Positions 48,764 to 58,389 of a stretch of DNA of 64,000 bases are shown in pieces. The DNA is from Thermoplasmata archaeon (GTDB lineage: Archaea; Thermoplasmatota; Thermoplasmata; Lutacidiplasmatales; UBA184), in the NCBI GenBank assembly GCA_030041175.1, contig JASHOK010000055.1, positions 4,171 to 68,170 on the forward strand. The letters run 5' to 3'. Position numbers and translations under genes: made by a program. The notes under the pieces are model-generated. The model searched no databases. It was given only the letters and a program-made list of their open reading frames with translations, and was not told the DNA's origin. Numbering within the stretch: position 1 is the stretch's first letter; each line of letters begins with the position of its first letter.

Positions 48764-50019
48764 CGGGCGGGGAAGCGACCACCGCGAACGGCGTCCGCCA
48801 CGGCCAGTGCCCGAACGGTCGGCGCCACGTCGTGGGCCCGAACGACGGCGGCATTCGCCAACGCCGCGACCACCGCGGCGGCGAGGCTCCCTTCGAGCCG
48901 CTGGTCCGGCGCCGTCTCGCCGGTCGCCTTTCCGATGAGGTGCTTCCGCGACGCACCCACGACCACGGGGCGGCCCAGGCTCCGGAACTCCCCCAGGTGA
49001 CGCAACAGGTCGAGTCCCTGCTCCGGCGACTTTCCGAAGCCGATGCCGGGGTCGACCAGCAGCTGTTCGGGCGAGACCCCATCGGCTTCGGCGGTGGCGA
49101 GGGCATGCGCGAGGCCGCCGTACACCTCGGACCGGAGGTCGGCGTATTCCGTGTTGGACTGCATCGTCGCCGGCGTTCCCCGCATGTGGACGAGGATCGC
49201 CGGCGCCTCGGTCCGCGCCAGCAGCCGACGCATCTCTGCGTCTCGAAGCCCCGACACGTCGTTCACGAGGTCGGCGCCCAGGTCGAGAGCCTCCCGGGCG
49301 ACCTCGGGCTTCTGGGTGTCCACCGAGATCGGGATCGTCAACCGGTCGTGGAGCGCGGGGAGCACGGCCCGCAGGCGGACGAGCTCCTGCTCCGCCGAGA
49401 TCGGCGTGGCCCCGGGCCGACTCGATTCGGCGCCAATATCCAGGATCCGGGCCCCCTCGGTCTCGATCTCGACCCCTCGGGCGATGGCGACCTCCGGCTG
49501 GTCGAAGAGGCCTCCATCACTGAAGGAGTCGGGGGTGACGTTCAGCACGCCCATCACCGCGGTGGAGTCTCCAAGTCGGACCGACCGGTGGAGGCCCTCG
49601 ATCAGCACCGGCGAGTGGCGCGAATAGTTCTCGAGCACCGCCTCCACCGCCGAGGCGACCGACCGGAGCTGGAACGGCTGACGGCGCAGCTTCGGGACCA
49701 GGCGCGAGTACTGCGACGGCGTACCGATCAGCACCACGGTGCTCTGGGGCACGGACAGGTCGGCGACGCCCTTCGCATGGGCGGAGTCGGCTCCCAGGGC
49801 GAGCATCTCCTGCTTGAGCAGCGGAGCGGCCTTCAGGGGGATGCCGTCCAGACGTACGAGAAGGGTCCGGCCCTTGCGGGTCATGATCCCGACGCCTTCG
49901 GGGTCCGAGTCGGTTCGCTCGACCTCCCGGGCGATCTCGAGGGGGGTCGAGACCTCCAGTACCCGGGCGCCGTACCGGGCGATCAGGTCGATCGGTGCGG
50001 GGGCGCTCGCACGCGGCAC
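48703..50019 (-). CDS. folP: Dihydropteroate synthase with N-terminal extension
   Basis: MGVLNVTPDSFSDGG, DIGAESSRPG, SVDT, VNDVSG, DPGIGFGK, SRK, RAHDV; start uncertain. Confidence 0.92.
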   Translation of the reverse strand: MPRASAPAPIDLIARYGARVLEVSTPLEIAREVERTDSDPEGVGIMTRKGRTLLVRLDGIPLKAAPLLKQEMLALGADSAHAKGVADLSVPQSTVVLIGTPSQYSRLVPKLRRQPFQLRSVASAVEAVLENYSRHSPVLIEGLHRSVRLGDSTAVMGVLNVTPDSFSDGGLFDQPEVAIARGVEIETEGARILDIGAESSRPGATPISAEQELVRLRAVLPALHDRLTIPISVDTQKPEVAREALDLGADLVNDVSGLRDAEMRRLLARTEAPAILVHMRGTPATMQSNTEYADLRSEVYGGLAHALATAEADGVSPEQLLVDPGIGFGKSPEQGLDLLRHLGEFRSLGRPVVVGASRKHLIGKATGETAPDQRLEGSLAAAVVAALANAAVVRAHDVAPTVRALAVADAVRGGRFPARQLGGVPESGTSSSSTSGPT

Positions 50020-50132
50020 AGTACCGGGAGACGCGGGTCCTTCCCAAAAGGGTGGTCCCGGCCAGGTCGGGGTCGGGATTTTCCGCGGCAACCAAGGTTA
50101 AACCCCCGAGGAACCGTCCCGCCCTTTCCTCG

Positions 50133-50351
50133 ATGAAGCCGCTCGACCTCCTGCAGCAAAGCCTCCGGAAGCCGGTCCTCGTGGAGCTCCGCGGGGGCCG
50201 CCGGATCCGGGGGACGCTGGAGTCCTACGACCAGCATCTGAATCTCGTGCTGTCGGCCGCCGAGGAACAGGACCCGTCGGCGACGGCGCCGACCCCACGG
50301 CCTGGGCTGACCCTGGTCCGGGGCGATAGCGTCATCTTCATCTCCCCGTAG
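50133..50351 (+). CDS. Sm-like (Lsm/SmAP) protein
   Basis: GTLESYDQHLNLVL (Sm1), LVRGDSVIFISP (Sm2). Confidence 0.93.
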   Translation: MKPLDLLQQSLRKPVLVELRGGRRIRGTLESYDQHLNLVLSAAEEQDPSATAPTPRPGLTLVRGDSVIFISP

Positions 50352-50377
50352 GTTCCGCCCCACGACCCGGAGCACGT

Positions 50378-50539
50378 ATGGGAAAGGGAACTCCGTCCAG
50401 CGCCGGCGGCAAGATCGTCCACTTCCGTTGCCGCCGCTGTGGGAGGCACTCGTTCCACCGGCAAAAGCGCGTGTGTTCCTCCTGCGGCTTCGGAAAGACG
50501 ACAACGCTGCGCCAGTACGACTGGGCCAAGCGCCACTGA
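50378..50539 (+). CDS. rpl37e: 50S ribosomal protein L37e (absent from ORF track)
   Basis: MGKGTPSSAGGKIVHFRCRRCGRHSFHRQKRVCSSCGFGKTTTLRQYDWAKRH; conserved Lsm-L37e pairing. Confidence 0.95.
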   Translation: MGKGTPSSAGGKIVHFRCRRCGRHSFHRQKRVCSSCGFGKTTTLRQYDWAKRH

Positions 50540-50548
50540 CCGGCCGCC

Positions 50549-51142
50549 TCACGACCGGCCCCTTCGGGACCGGCCCCGAGAGACCCATCGATTCCCGCTC
50601 AGGAGAAATCGCAGTCGCCGGGTACGCCCACGGGTGACACCGATCCTGGGGGTCCGGACCACCGTTTCGTCGGGCCGGGGGCCCGGTGCGATCCGCAGCC
50701 GAGGTCCGGTGACCGCACTGACGCCGTCGTCGGCCCGGGTCAGGTCGAAGGCGCGGCAGAGGCGACCCGGGCCCTGGGTGTTTCCGAGAGCCGGGGTCAG
50801 CGGTTCTGCGGCCCGGAGCAGCACCGCTTGCCCGGGGCGCGTCGTCAGGTTGACGCAATGGACCTGGTGTATCCGGTAGACGTAGACGGTCCCGGGTCCG
50901 GCGAACATCGCCCGGTTTCGTTCGGTCCTTCCCCGATACGCGTGGCTCGCCGGATCCTTGGCGACGTAGGCCTCCGTTTCCACGATCCGGGCCACCCGCC
51001 ACCCTTGACGCACCCGCAGGATCAGCCGGGCTCCGAGCAAGTCCCGGGCGACCGCGATCGTGGACCGGTCGTACCACGAGGCCGGATACGGGTGCCGGAA
51101 CGCTCGGCGCCAGATCCCCGCCGAGTCCCGGCCCTCGGTCAG
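50549..51142 (-). CDS. 3-methyladenine DNA glycosylase (MPG/AAG family)
   Basis: VARDLLG, RIVETEAY..DPASHA, GTVYVY, AVLLRA, GPGRLC, RIGV; start codon unclear (possibly CTG). Confidence 0.9.
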   Translation of the reverse strand: MTEGRDSAGIWRRAFRHPYPASWYDRSTIAVARDLLGARLILRVRQGWRVARIVETEAYVAKDPASHAYRGRTERNRAMFAGPGTVYVYRIHQVHCVNLTTRPGQAVLLRAAEPLTPALGNTQGPGRLCRAFDLTRADDGVSAVTGPRLRIAPGPRPDETVVRTPRIGVTRGRTRRLRFLLSGNRWVSRGRSRRGRS

Positions 51143-52242
51143 AGCAGCTTTCCCCGGTCGAGCAGGGGCTTTCCGTCGAGCGCGACCGTCGCTTCGCCGA
51201 CGACGAGCCAGGCGAGGAACGGATTGGCATTCTTTCCCCCGTACTCGGTGTTGCCCCCGATGGACACGGCCACCGCACCGGCTTCGGCATCCTCGAGACG
51301 CGGGACCCCGGGATCGAGCGCGGAATTCAGCCCCAGGGAGACGAACCCGCCCCGATTCCAACCCGGCGAGACGTCCTGGGTCGCCTGCTCGAAGGCGGTG
51401 CCTCCATCGGTGAACGAACAGCTGACCATCTGGCCGCGGTCGAACTCCCACTGGCCACCCTCGATCCGGCCCATCCGGGGGAAGCTCGGCCGGTTCGCCA
51501 CCACGAGACCCGCCGCACTCTTCTCGTCGATCGCCACGGCGACGTATCCCGGCGGCGCCGCCGTCATGTTGAAGCCGGCCCGGAGGTCGGTCCCGTCCAC
51601 GACCCCGTCGTCGACCACCGGCCTCCGTCCCCGGAGGGAGAGCTTGAGGTCGGTTCCGTTCGCGGCCGTCAGATGGAGCTCCTTGCCCTTCTGTAAGCGG
51701 GCGCCGAGCCGAGCCGCGTCCCGCTTGATCCCGGGGAGGTCCGCCTGGACGGAGGCCCGGACCAGCTGTTCGCGCCAGACGCTCGGGTCGACGCGATACT
51801 CCGCGGCCACCTCATTCGAGGCGTATCCGAGCAGGGACCGGAGGCCCCGGAGATGGGCGGCCTTGGCCCGTCGGTACCATTCCCGGTTGTAGGCGACGGA
51901 CTGTCGGGCGTCTCGACCCTGAGCCCGCCACCGGGCCCGGTCCGCAGGCCCCGGGAAGAACACGTACGCCTGGGTCTTCGCGAGCGCCGCCCACTCGTGG
52001 GCGCCGACGGTGCCGAGCTCCCGCTTGGAGGCTACCTCCCAGCTCTTCCAGTAGGCGCCCTCGTCCTCGTAGAGAAGGATCGGCCGGGCTCCGCGCCGAC
52101 GGGCCTCGGCGACGCAGGCCGTGGCGTAGGGAAGGGTGTGGGTCCAGCTCTCAATGATGACGTTCTCCCCGCGCTTCACGCCGAGCGCCGGGCCGAGGAA
52201 GACGCGCGCGAGCGCCTCGGCACCGGAACCGTCGGTGGCCAT
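51139..52242 (-). CDS. M29 aminopeptidase-like protein, probably lacking metal ligands
   Basis: LGVKRGENV, GTDL, SLGLN, SIGGN..YGG.N family pattern. Confidence 0.75.
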   Translation of the reverse strand: MATDGSGAEALARVFLGPALGVKRGENVIIESWTHTLPYATACVAEARRRGARPILLYEDEGAYWKSWEVASKRELGTVGAHEWAALAKTQAYVFFPGPADRARWRAQGRDARQSVAYNREWYRRAKAAHLRGLRSLLGYASNEVAAEYRVDPSVWREQLVRASVQADLPGIKRDAARLGARLQKGKELHLTAANGTDLKLSLRGRRPVVDDGVVDGTDLRAGFNMTAAPPGYVAVAIDEKSAAGLVVANRPSFPRMGRIEGGQWEFDRGQMVSCSFTDGGTAFEQATQDVSPGWNRGGFVSLGLNSALDPGVPRLEDAEAGAVAVSIGGNTEYGGKNANPFLAWLVVGEATVALDGKPLLDRGKLL

Positions 52243-52267
52243 GCCCACCGGGATGCGATGGCTCGGT

Positions 52268-53569
52268 TTAAAGGCGTGAGGAACGGGCGCCGCCGACTGC
52301 CCTCACCCGGCGCACGAACGCCGATGCCGTCCCCTTCCACTCGCTCCAGGCCGTGACCCAGCCTTCGATGACCGCTCCCGCATCGTCGAGACCTGGCGGC
52401 ACCTCGACGGCGGCGTTGCGGTCGGGGAACTGCTGCCGCCAGTCCTCCCGGTCCCGGGCCTTCCGGACGATCGCTTCGACTCGCCGGAGCCGGGAGAAGT
52501 CGGAAAGGTCGGCGCAGAGCGAGCGGGAGACTCCGTGCCGGTGCCATGCGCGCAGCAAGGCGTCGATCTTCTCCGGCCGGTGGCGCCGCGTTCGCCGGCC
52601 CTGCTCCAGTACGCCGTTGAAGTAGAGGAACGGCCCTCCGAGGGCGAGGGCCTCCAGCAGCGTCCGGCTCCCGGTCACGATTCGGAGCTCGGCGCCGTCG
52701 AAGGCTCGGGCCCAGTCCCGAGGACCGGTTGGGGGCTGCCGCACCCATCGGACGCCCGGTGCCTCCGGCAGTTCGAACGGCTTGGGGCCCCGGACCTCGA
52801 TCTGGAGGGGAGACCCGGCCGGAAACGGTGCGGGCCCGACCTGGGCGACACGTACCGCGAGTCGATCGGACGACGACGGGCTGGCGTACCAGACCCAGTG
52901 CCCTGGTCTCTGCGACCCTCGGGTCCGGGCCCGATCCGGCCACAGGGGGCCGGTCTGGATCGCCTCCGGAAACTCCCGCTGGAAGGCCGCAGACCGCTGA
53001 AACCCGGTGTACAGATGGAGGACGTTCACTCGGTCGAAGGCCCTCCACGTACGGTAGGCATCGTGGAAGGCCCGGATTTCTGCCGCCGCGGAACGACGAC
53101 GGACTCTGCGAGCAATCTCGGCGGCCGCGATGCCACCTTCCCGCCAGCGCTCCTGGGTCTGCCGGCGGCTCGTCCAGGTCCGTGCAAACTCTTCGAGACT
53201 CAGATGAACGACCTGATCTCGGCCGTACAGCTGCTCGAGCCGGGCCGTCTCCTCGCTCCAGGCCCCGGGCCGGCCGGAACGCTCCTGCCCCGGAGCGGCG
53301 GAGACCCCCCACCACGGCGTTACGGTGAGGGCGCGAGGGGCCCGAACCTCCGGTACCGTTACCCGTCGGACGGCCGGCCAATCCCAGGGACCGTCGACCG
53401 ATGCGGGAACCGGATGTCCCTCCAGCCGATAGAGGTTCAGCGACCAGCCGGCCCCCGAGAGGCGTCGGCCCACTGCCAGCACCTCTTCGATATCACCGAG
53501 TCCGCCTCCGACGACGGCGGGCTGGAGATAGATATCGATGCCGGAGCGCCGGCCCGGCGGGACGGTCAT
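52268..53569 (-). CDS. Uncharacterised GT-B fold protein, EarP-like
   Basis: N-terminal GGGLGDI, C-terminal IVTGSRTLLEALALGGPFLY; ATGA coupling with the GNAT gene. Confidence 0.6.
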   Translation of the reverse strand: MTVPPGRRSGIDIYLQPAVVGGGLGDIEEVLAVGRRLSGAGWSLNLYRLEGHPVPASVDGPWDWPAVRRVTVPEVRAPRALTVTPWWGVSAAPGQERSGRPGAWSEETARLEQLYGRDQVVHLSLEEFARTWTSRRQTQERWREGGIAAAEIARRVRRRSAAAEIRAFHDAYRTWRAFDRVNVLHLYTGFQRSAAFQREFPEAIQTGPLWPDRARTRGSQRPGHWVWYASPSSSDRLAVRVAQVGPAPFPAGSPLQIEVRGPKPFELPEAPGVRWVRQPPTGPRDWARAFDGAELRIVTGSRTLLEALALGGPFLYFNGVLEQGRRTRRHRPEKIDALLRAWHRHGVSRSLCADLSDFSRLRRVEAIVRKARDREDWRQQFPDRNAAVEVPPGLDDAGAVIEGWVTAWSEWKGTASAFVRRVRAVGGARSSRL

Positions 53570-54513
53570 GCCGTCAGCCGATGGAGCATCGTGATGTCGT
53601 GGAACTGCTCGGAGAATCCGAGTTCCGTCAGGACCGGCAAGCGGTCGTCTTGATGGTCCGGCAGCCAGGTGATCGCCCGGGCAGCGTTCCGCTGCTCCAC
53701 CCATCGGAGGGCCGTCAGGATCGCGTCGCGAACCGCCGGCATCGGTGCCGAATCGGCAAAGAGTGGAGAGCTGAGATTCGCCGCCGCCATCAGTCGGCTG
53801 ACCGTGGCGCGGAGATAGCCCGCGGGCTGGCCGTCCACTTCCAGCACCCAGGCCTGGCTGTCGGATTCCAACACGTGCGCGGCCCCGGTCCCGACCCGAA
53901 ATTCTCGAGCGGTGCGCGGCAGGACGGCCCGGACCGCAGGGGACATTCGCCGGTTGTCGATCTCGGCAAGCCGGCGTCCGTCGGCAGGCCTAAAGGGCCG
54001 GAGATGGGCCGCGCCCGAAGGGGTCGGGAGGGGGCGACCGGCTCCGAACTCCCGTATCATCCACCGGACCTCCCGGAGCCGCCCGAACCCGGCATGTTCG
54101 TAGAGTGCGATCGCCGGCGCGTTCTGGGCGAGGACATCCAGGACCACGTTGGGACGGCGATACCGACGGCCGAAGCGCTCGCCGATCTCGAGCATCGCCC
54201 GCGCCCGACCCTGGCGGCGGAACGCCTCGTCCACGACGACGCCGGAGACATACATGCCTCCCGGTACGAAGTTCAACACCGTGGTTGCGACGATCCGGCC
54301 CTCGACCTCGTCGACTAGGATCACCACGACGGGGCGTCCCACCCAGCGGGCCAGGCGCAGAACGAGACGGATCCCGGCGCCTTCCATTCGCTGGACGACT
54401 CTGCCCACGGCCTCCGGGCGGAGCCCCACGACCGGGAACTCGTCCGTGGGATTCCGGCGCCAAAGGTCGGCGACGCCAACCCAGTCCCCTCTCCGGTACT
54501 CGCGAACGGTCAC
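53566..54513 (-). CDS. Tandem GNAT acetyltransferase
   Basis: VVVDEAFRRQGRARAML, NAPAIALYEHAGF; second degenerate GNAT domain. Confidence 0.88.
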   Translation of the reverse strand: MTVREYRRGDWVGVADLWRRNPTDEFPVVGLRPEAVGRVVQRMEGAGIRLVLRLARWVGRPVVVILVDEVEGRIVATTVLNFVPGGMYVSGVVVDEAFRRQGRARAMLEIGERFGRRYRRPNVVLDVLAQNAPAIALYEHAGFGRLREVRWMIREFGAGRPLPTPSGAAHLRPFRPADGRRLAEIDNRRMSPAVRAVLPRTAREFRVGTGAAHVLESDSQAWVLEVDGQPAGYLRATVSRLMAAANLSSPLFADSAPMPAVRDAILTALRWVEQRNAARAITWLPDHQDDRLPVLTELGFSEQFHDITMLHRLTA

Positions 54514-55997
54514 GACCGCTTCCGCGACCGCGGCGATCGAGGGACCACGAACAGCTCCGCCAGCGTCGGCGGGTCGGTCCCCCGACGGACCTCCGGCGCC
54601 GGGAGCCGAGCGGGTCGGTGCAGCTCCGAGGCGGGCAGCCGGCGCCGGGCCCGGGCCAGCGAACGTTCGATCGTCGGGTCGGGGCGGGCCTGGTAGAGCC
54701 GCCCGAGTGCCTGGACGACCGCGTCGAAGATCCGGTCATGGGCGTCGCTCTGCAGCGAGATCGCGCCGTCTCCCTCGGCGAACGTGATCCGCTCGCCGAC
54801 CTGAGAATCCGGTTTCTCCAGCAGCTGGAGGAGGCCGTCTCGGCTCTCGGCGTCCCCCAGGTGGCCCAGCGCCCACACCGCCGCCAGTCGAACCTCCGGT
54901 TCGGGATCTCCGAGATGCGCCCGGATCCGAGCCAGAGCATCTACCGCGCCGAGGCGACCGAGCGCGTAGACCGCGCCCCGACGCGGCCACATCTGCCGGT
55001 CATCCAGCAGGGGGAGCAGTACGGTAGAGTCCGCGGGCACGCCGACGCCGCCCAGGCACTCGGCCGCCGCCCCCCGGACCGACCAGACCGGGTCGGCAAG
55101 ATGTTCCCGAGCCGGAGCCGCGGCGTCCGGGGACCGCAGGTCGCCCAGGGCGTGGAACGCGCAGACCCGGGCCCAACTGGTCCGGTGCGACACGAAGCCG
55201 AGGAGCGCGGGAGCTGCCGCGGGATCCCCGATCCGGCCCAGCGCCACGAGCAGCGACGGGAGGACTCGGGCGTCGGTCTCCTTGGGTAGGCGGTCGAGCA
55301 GCCACGGCACCGCCTCTCGGACCCGGCGCTCCCCCAGCCCGACGGCGGCCGCGATCCGTACGCGCACCGCGGGATCCGTGAGGAACGGACGGAGCAACGC
55401 CCCGAGGTCCGGCGGGTCCAGATGCGCCAGCGCCAGCAGCGCTTCGCGTCGCACACGATCGTTGGGGTCTCCCCGAGCCAGTCGGAGGGCCTCGACGCAG
55501 CCCGGACACCCGAGCCGGCCCAGCGCCACGGCCGCACTCCAGCGGACGACCGGGTCCTCGTCGTCCATGCACGCGATGAGCGCCGCTTCCGAGCGGTCAT
55601 CGGCGATCGCCCACAGGGCCCACGCCGCCTGTTCCCGGACCCGGGCGCTGGGATCTCGCAAGGCCCCTTCCAGCTGGACCCGGCTCCGGGCGTCTCCGAG
55701 GGCACCTAGCGCAGCGGCGGCGGAGCGTCGCACCTCCGCCTCGGAGTCCCGGAGCGCACGTTCCAGCGCCGGCCGGCTCCGATGGACCTTCAGGTGGCCC
55801 AGGCCCCATGCGGCGGCCTGCCGGAGCACCGACTCGTCATCGTCGAGCCGTTCGACCAGGCGATGCGGGTCGTCATCGCCGCCTCGTGCGATCCAGTCCC
55901 GAATCTCCCGGAGTCGTTCCGCGACCGGACGGTCGGCGCCGGAGCCCGGGGACGGGCGTCGGACCCGGGACGGCCGGGACGAACGGGCGGGGGGCAC
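54510..55997 (-). CDS. HEAT (PBS-lyase type) repeat protein
   Basis: About a dozen L.D....VR..AA.ALG repeats. Confidence 0.9.
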   Translation of the reverse strand: MPPARSSRPSRVRRPSPGSGADRPVAERLREIRDWIARGGDDDPHRLVERLDDDESVLRQAAAWGLGHLKVHRSRPALERALRDSEAEVRRSAAAALGALGDARSRVQLEGALRDPSARVREQAAWALWAIADDRSEAALIACMDDEDPVVRWSAAVALGRLGCPGCVEALRLARGDPNDRVRREALLALAHLDPPDLGALLRPFLTDPAVRVRIAAAVGLGERRVREAVPWLLDRLPKETDARVLPSLLVALGRIGDPAAAPALLGFVSHRTSWARVCAFHALGDLRSPDAAAPAREHLADPVWSVRGAAAECLGGVGVPADSTVLLPLLDDRQMWPRRGAVYALGRLGAVDALARIRAHLGDPEPEVRLAAVWALGHLGDAESRDGLLQLLEKPDSQVGERITFAEGDGAISLQSDAHDRIFDAVVQALGRLYQARPDPTIERSLARARRRLPASELHRPARLPAPEVRRGTDPPTLAELFVVPRSPRSRKRS

Positions 55998-56076
55998 GCC
56001 GATGGCTACCGCTGGGAACCTAAGGCCGTTTTGTGCCGGCGCCGCTCGACCGCTTCGCCGCCGGCTCCGGGCCTCC

Positions 56077-58389
56077 TCACGCCAGCCCTTCCGGCCACTC
56101 TTCGAGGCGGTGCTGGTCGAGGGCCTCCGGGGAACGGTACCGGCTGGGCACCCGGTCCGCCCGCACGCCCCAGCGGGCGAGGAGCGTCGCGCGACGCACG
56201 CCCATGGGTGCGAGGAGCGTCTCCGCCGACCGGGCCAGCAGCTCCAGGTACGCGTCGGGGTCGTACGTCTCCTGACCCGTCAGCGCCTCGGCCACGACCA
56301 CGCGGTCCCGCCAGGAGCGAGCCGTCCGGTCCGCGACCAGATAGCGGACCGTTTCCCCGGGAGCGCGTACGATACCGTGATGGGCCAGCTGGCGGAGCGC
56401 TGCCACCGAATCGCTGAACGTCACGTAGGCGCCGAGTTCCTGGACGATCCGACGGGAGATCAGCAGCTCCTCGCGCGGCCAGTGACCGTCCCGGATGCGC
56501 TCGGCGAAAGCGTCGGCCCGGGCCAGCGCCCGCGGGACGGAGGCCCGGAACTCGTCCGCGTTCCGGGCGCGGCCGAACAGCTGCAGCACCTCCGCTTCGA
56601 ACCGGCGCAGCAGGATGGGGGTGTCGTGGCGGCGGGAGCCGATCCCGCGGAGCTTGAACTCTCCCGTAGAGTAGAGGCCATAGTACCGGTTCGGCACGCC
56701 GAGGCCGTGCGTCACCGCCGGCAGAAACACGATCCAGCGGTACCGACCCTCGTAGCCGAGCGGCAGGTCGAACTCGCGGCTCATCGTCTCGGCGAAGCGC
56801 TCCGGATCCGGCGGATGCGCGGGGTCGGTCGGCCGGACCCACAGCGAGTCGACGATCCCGTGGATCACCTGGTATCCGTACTCCTCGGCCCGATGCAGGA
56901 GACCAGCCAGGAGCTCGCGGGCGTAGGCGTTGATCGATTCGTGACACTCGATCCGGCCGAATCGGGCGTTCCGGTACCCCTGGTAGCCGAAGGCGGTGAC
57001 GAGGATCCACTTGAGCATCTTCACCCGGCGCTGCAGGACCTCCCGCTCCGTCGGGGAGAGGCCCCGCTGCCGGAGTTGCGCCTTGTACGCGAGGCGGCGG
57101 ACGAGGAGCGGTTCGAGCGTCCGGGGAATGAGGCCGACCCGTCGGTCACACGACCGGTACCCCAGACCGGGCGCCCGTCGCCGGGCCGACGGACAGCACC
57201 GGCAGTCGAGCGTCTCGGCCGAGAGGTTCTGCCGGACCATGATGTGCGGATAGAGGCTCGCGAAATCGAACTCGTCGACGTGGTCGTGGACGCCGACCGG
57301 GGGCAGGAAGATCACGCCGCCGCGGTCCCCGTCGAGCAGTTTCCGGCCGGACTTCCACGCCTCGGGCCGGTTCTTCTTCCACGGAATGTGCACGCCATCC
57401 TCCCGGGCATGCGCCATCTCCATCGCCGTGAAGCAGGTGCCCGGGGACTGCCGGGCCACGGTCTGGAGTGATAGCCGGGAGAGGCGGGCCGCCTCGACGA
57501 GCCCGGGCACGGAGGCATCGCCCCAGAGGAACGAGTTCCCCCGGTCGACGTGGAACCGACCCGGCAGCAGGAACGCCGCCTCCCGATGCCGGATCTGCCC
57601 GTACGTCTGGTACGAGAACGCCTCCCGGTACGGCCGGAACCGGCCCGGCTCCCGGCCCAGGAAGAAGGTCGCTTCGGTGAAGCCGGCGGCCTGGGCACGT
57701 CGGTAGAGCCACGGAATGTCGCCTCCGTCCCCGCCGTCGGTCAGCAGGAGGTCCGGATCCTGCCGGACGACCTCGTCCCGGACCTCGGCGAGGAGCGCCT
57801 CCTCCGGACCCTCGAGCGTCACCTCCCCGACCCGGACCGCCGCGATCGGTTCGGTACCGCGGATGAATCCCTCCCGCTGACATCCCTGCAGCTCGACCTC
57901 GAGCGCCGCGCCGGACAACGGCGGCAGGTCGTAGTGGATCGTCTCCGCCGGCTCGAGCGCGACAACGGCGTCGGCGCTCCACCGGATCGGCGCGAACGGG
58001 TAGAGCTGGTGCTCGAGGTGGTAGAGATGCGGCGGCGTGAGGTCGACGTCGTAGAGGTGGAACCGCGTGTATCCGCCCCGAGCATCGATCGTCGTGGCGA
58101 GGCGTCGGCGGTCCGGGTTCCGCCGCGGAACCACTCCGAGCACCCGCCGGGGCCTCCGGTCGTAGAGCGATGGCCGAAGGACCTCGAAGCCCGTCGACGC
58201 GACCCGCGGGTCGTTCGCCAGCTCCCGGGCCAGAGAGTCCAGGTCGGCGCGAGGGCCGTCGACCCAGAACGGCGGGAGGAACGGTTCCACGCGTCGGGAG
58301 ACCGCGCCCCGGACGCCGTCCTTCAGCCAGAGGACGACCGAGACGCCGTCGCGTCCGTCGGTGATGTCGAGTAGCCAGCCTTCCGCCAT
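56077..58389 (-). CDS. polB2: Family B DNA polymerase, PolB2 type
   Basis: DFASLYP, KWILVTAFGYQGY, motif C HGIVDS, NRYYG, KLRGI; degenerate exonuclease motifs. Confidence 0.9.
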   Translation of the reverse strand: MAEGWLLDITDGRDGVSVVLWLKDGVRGAVSRRVEPFLPPFWVDGPRADLDSLARELANDPRVASTGFEVLRPSLYDRRPRRVLGVVPRRNPDRRRLATTIDARGGYTRFHLYDVDLTPPHLYHLEHQLYPFAPIRWSADAVVALEPAETIHYDLPPLSGAALEVELQGCQREGFIRGTEPIAAVRVGEVTLEGPEEALLAEVRDEVVRQDPDLLLTDGGDGGDIPWLYRRAQAAGFTEATFFLGREPGRFRPYREAFSYQTYGQIRHREAAFLLPGRFHVDRGNSFLWGDASVPGLVEAARLSRLSLQTVARQSPGTCFTAMEMAHAREDGVHIPWKKNRPEAWKSGRKLLDGDRGGVIFLPPVGVHDHVDEFDFASLYPHIMVRQNLSAETLDCRCCPSARRRAPGLGYRSCDRRVGLIPRTLEPLLVRRLAYKAQLRQRGLSPTEREVLQRRVKMLKWILVTAFGYQGYRNARFGRIECHESINAYARELLAGLLHRAEEYGYQVIHGIVDSLWVRPTDPAHPPDPERFAETMSREFDLPLGYEGRYRWIVFLPAVTHGLGVPNRYYGLYSTGEFKLRGIGSRRHDTPILLRRFEAEVLQLFGRARNADEFRASVPRALARADAFAERIRDGHWPREELLISRRIVQELGAYVTFSDSVAALRQLAHHGIVRAPGETVRYLVADRTARSWRDRVVVAEALTGQETYDPDAYLELLARSAETLLAPMGVRRATLLARWGVRADRVPSRYRSPEALDQHRLEEWPEGLA

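Noticed and set aside
54510-55997. HEAT protein as deoxyhypusine hydroxylase or as a CRISPR/tandem DNA repeat
   Set aside because: Lacks the His-Glu iron-binding motifs of DOHH; the repetition is at protein level with no identical spaced DNA repeats
56077-58389. PolB as a casposon or viral polymerase
   Set aside because: No Cas1, capsid or terminal repeats; motifs and neighbours fit cellular PolB2
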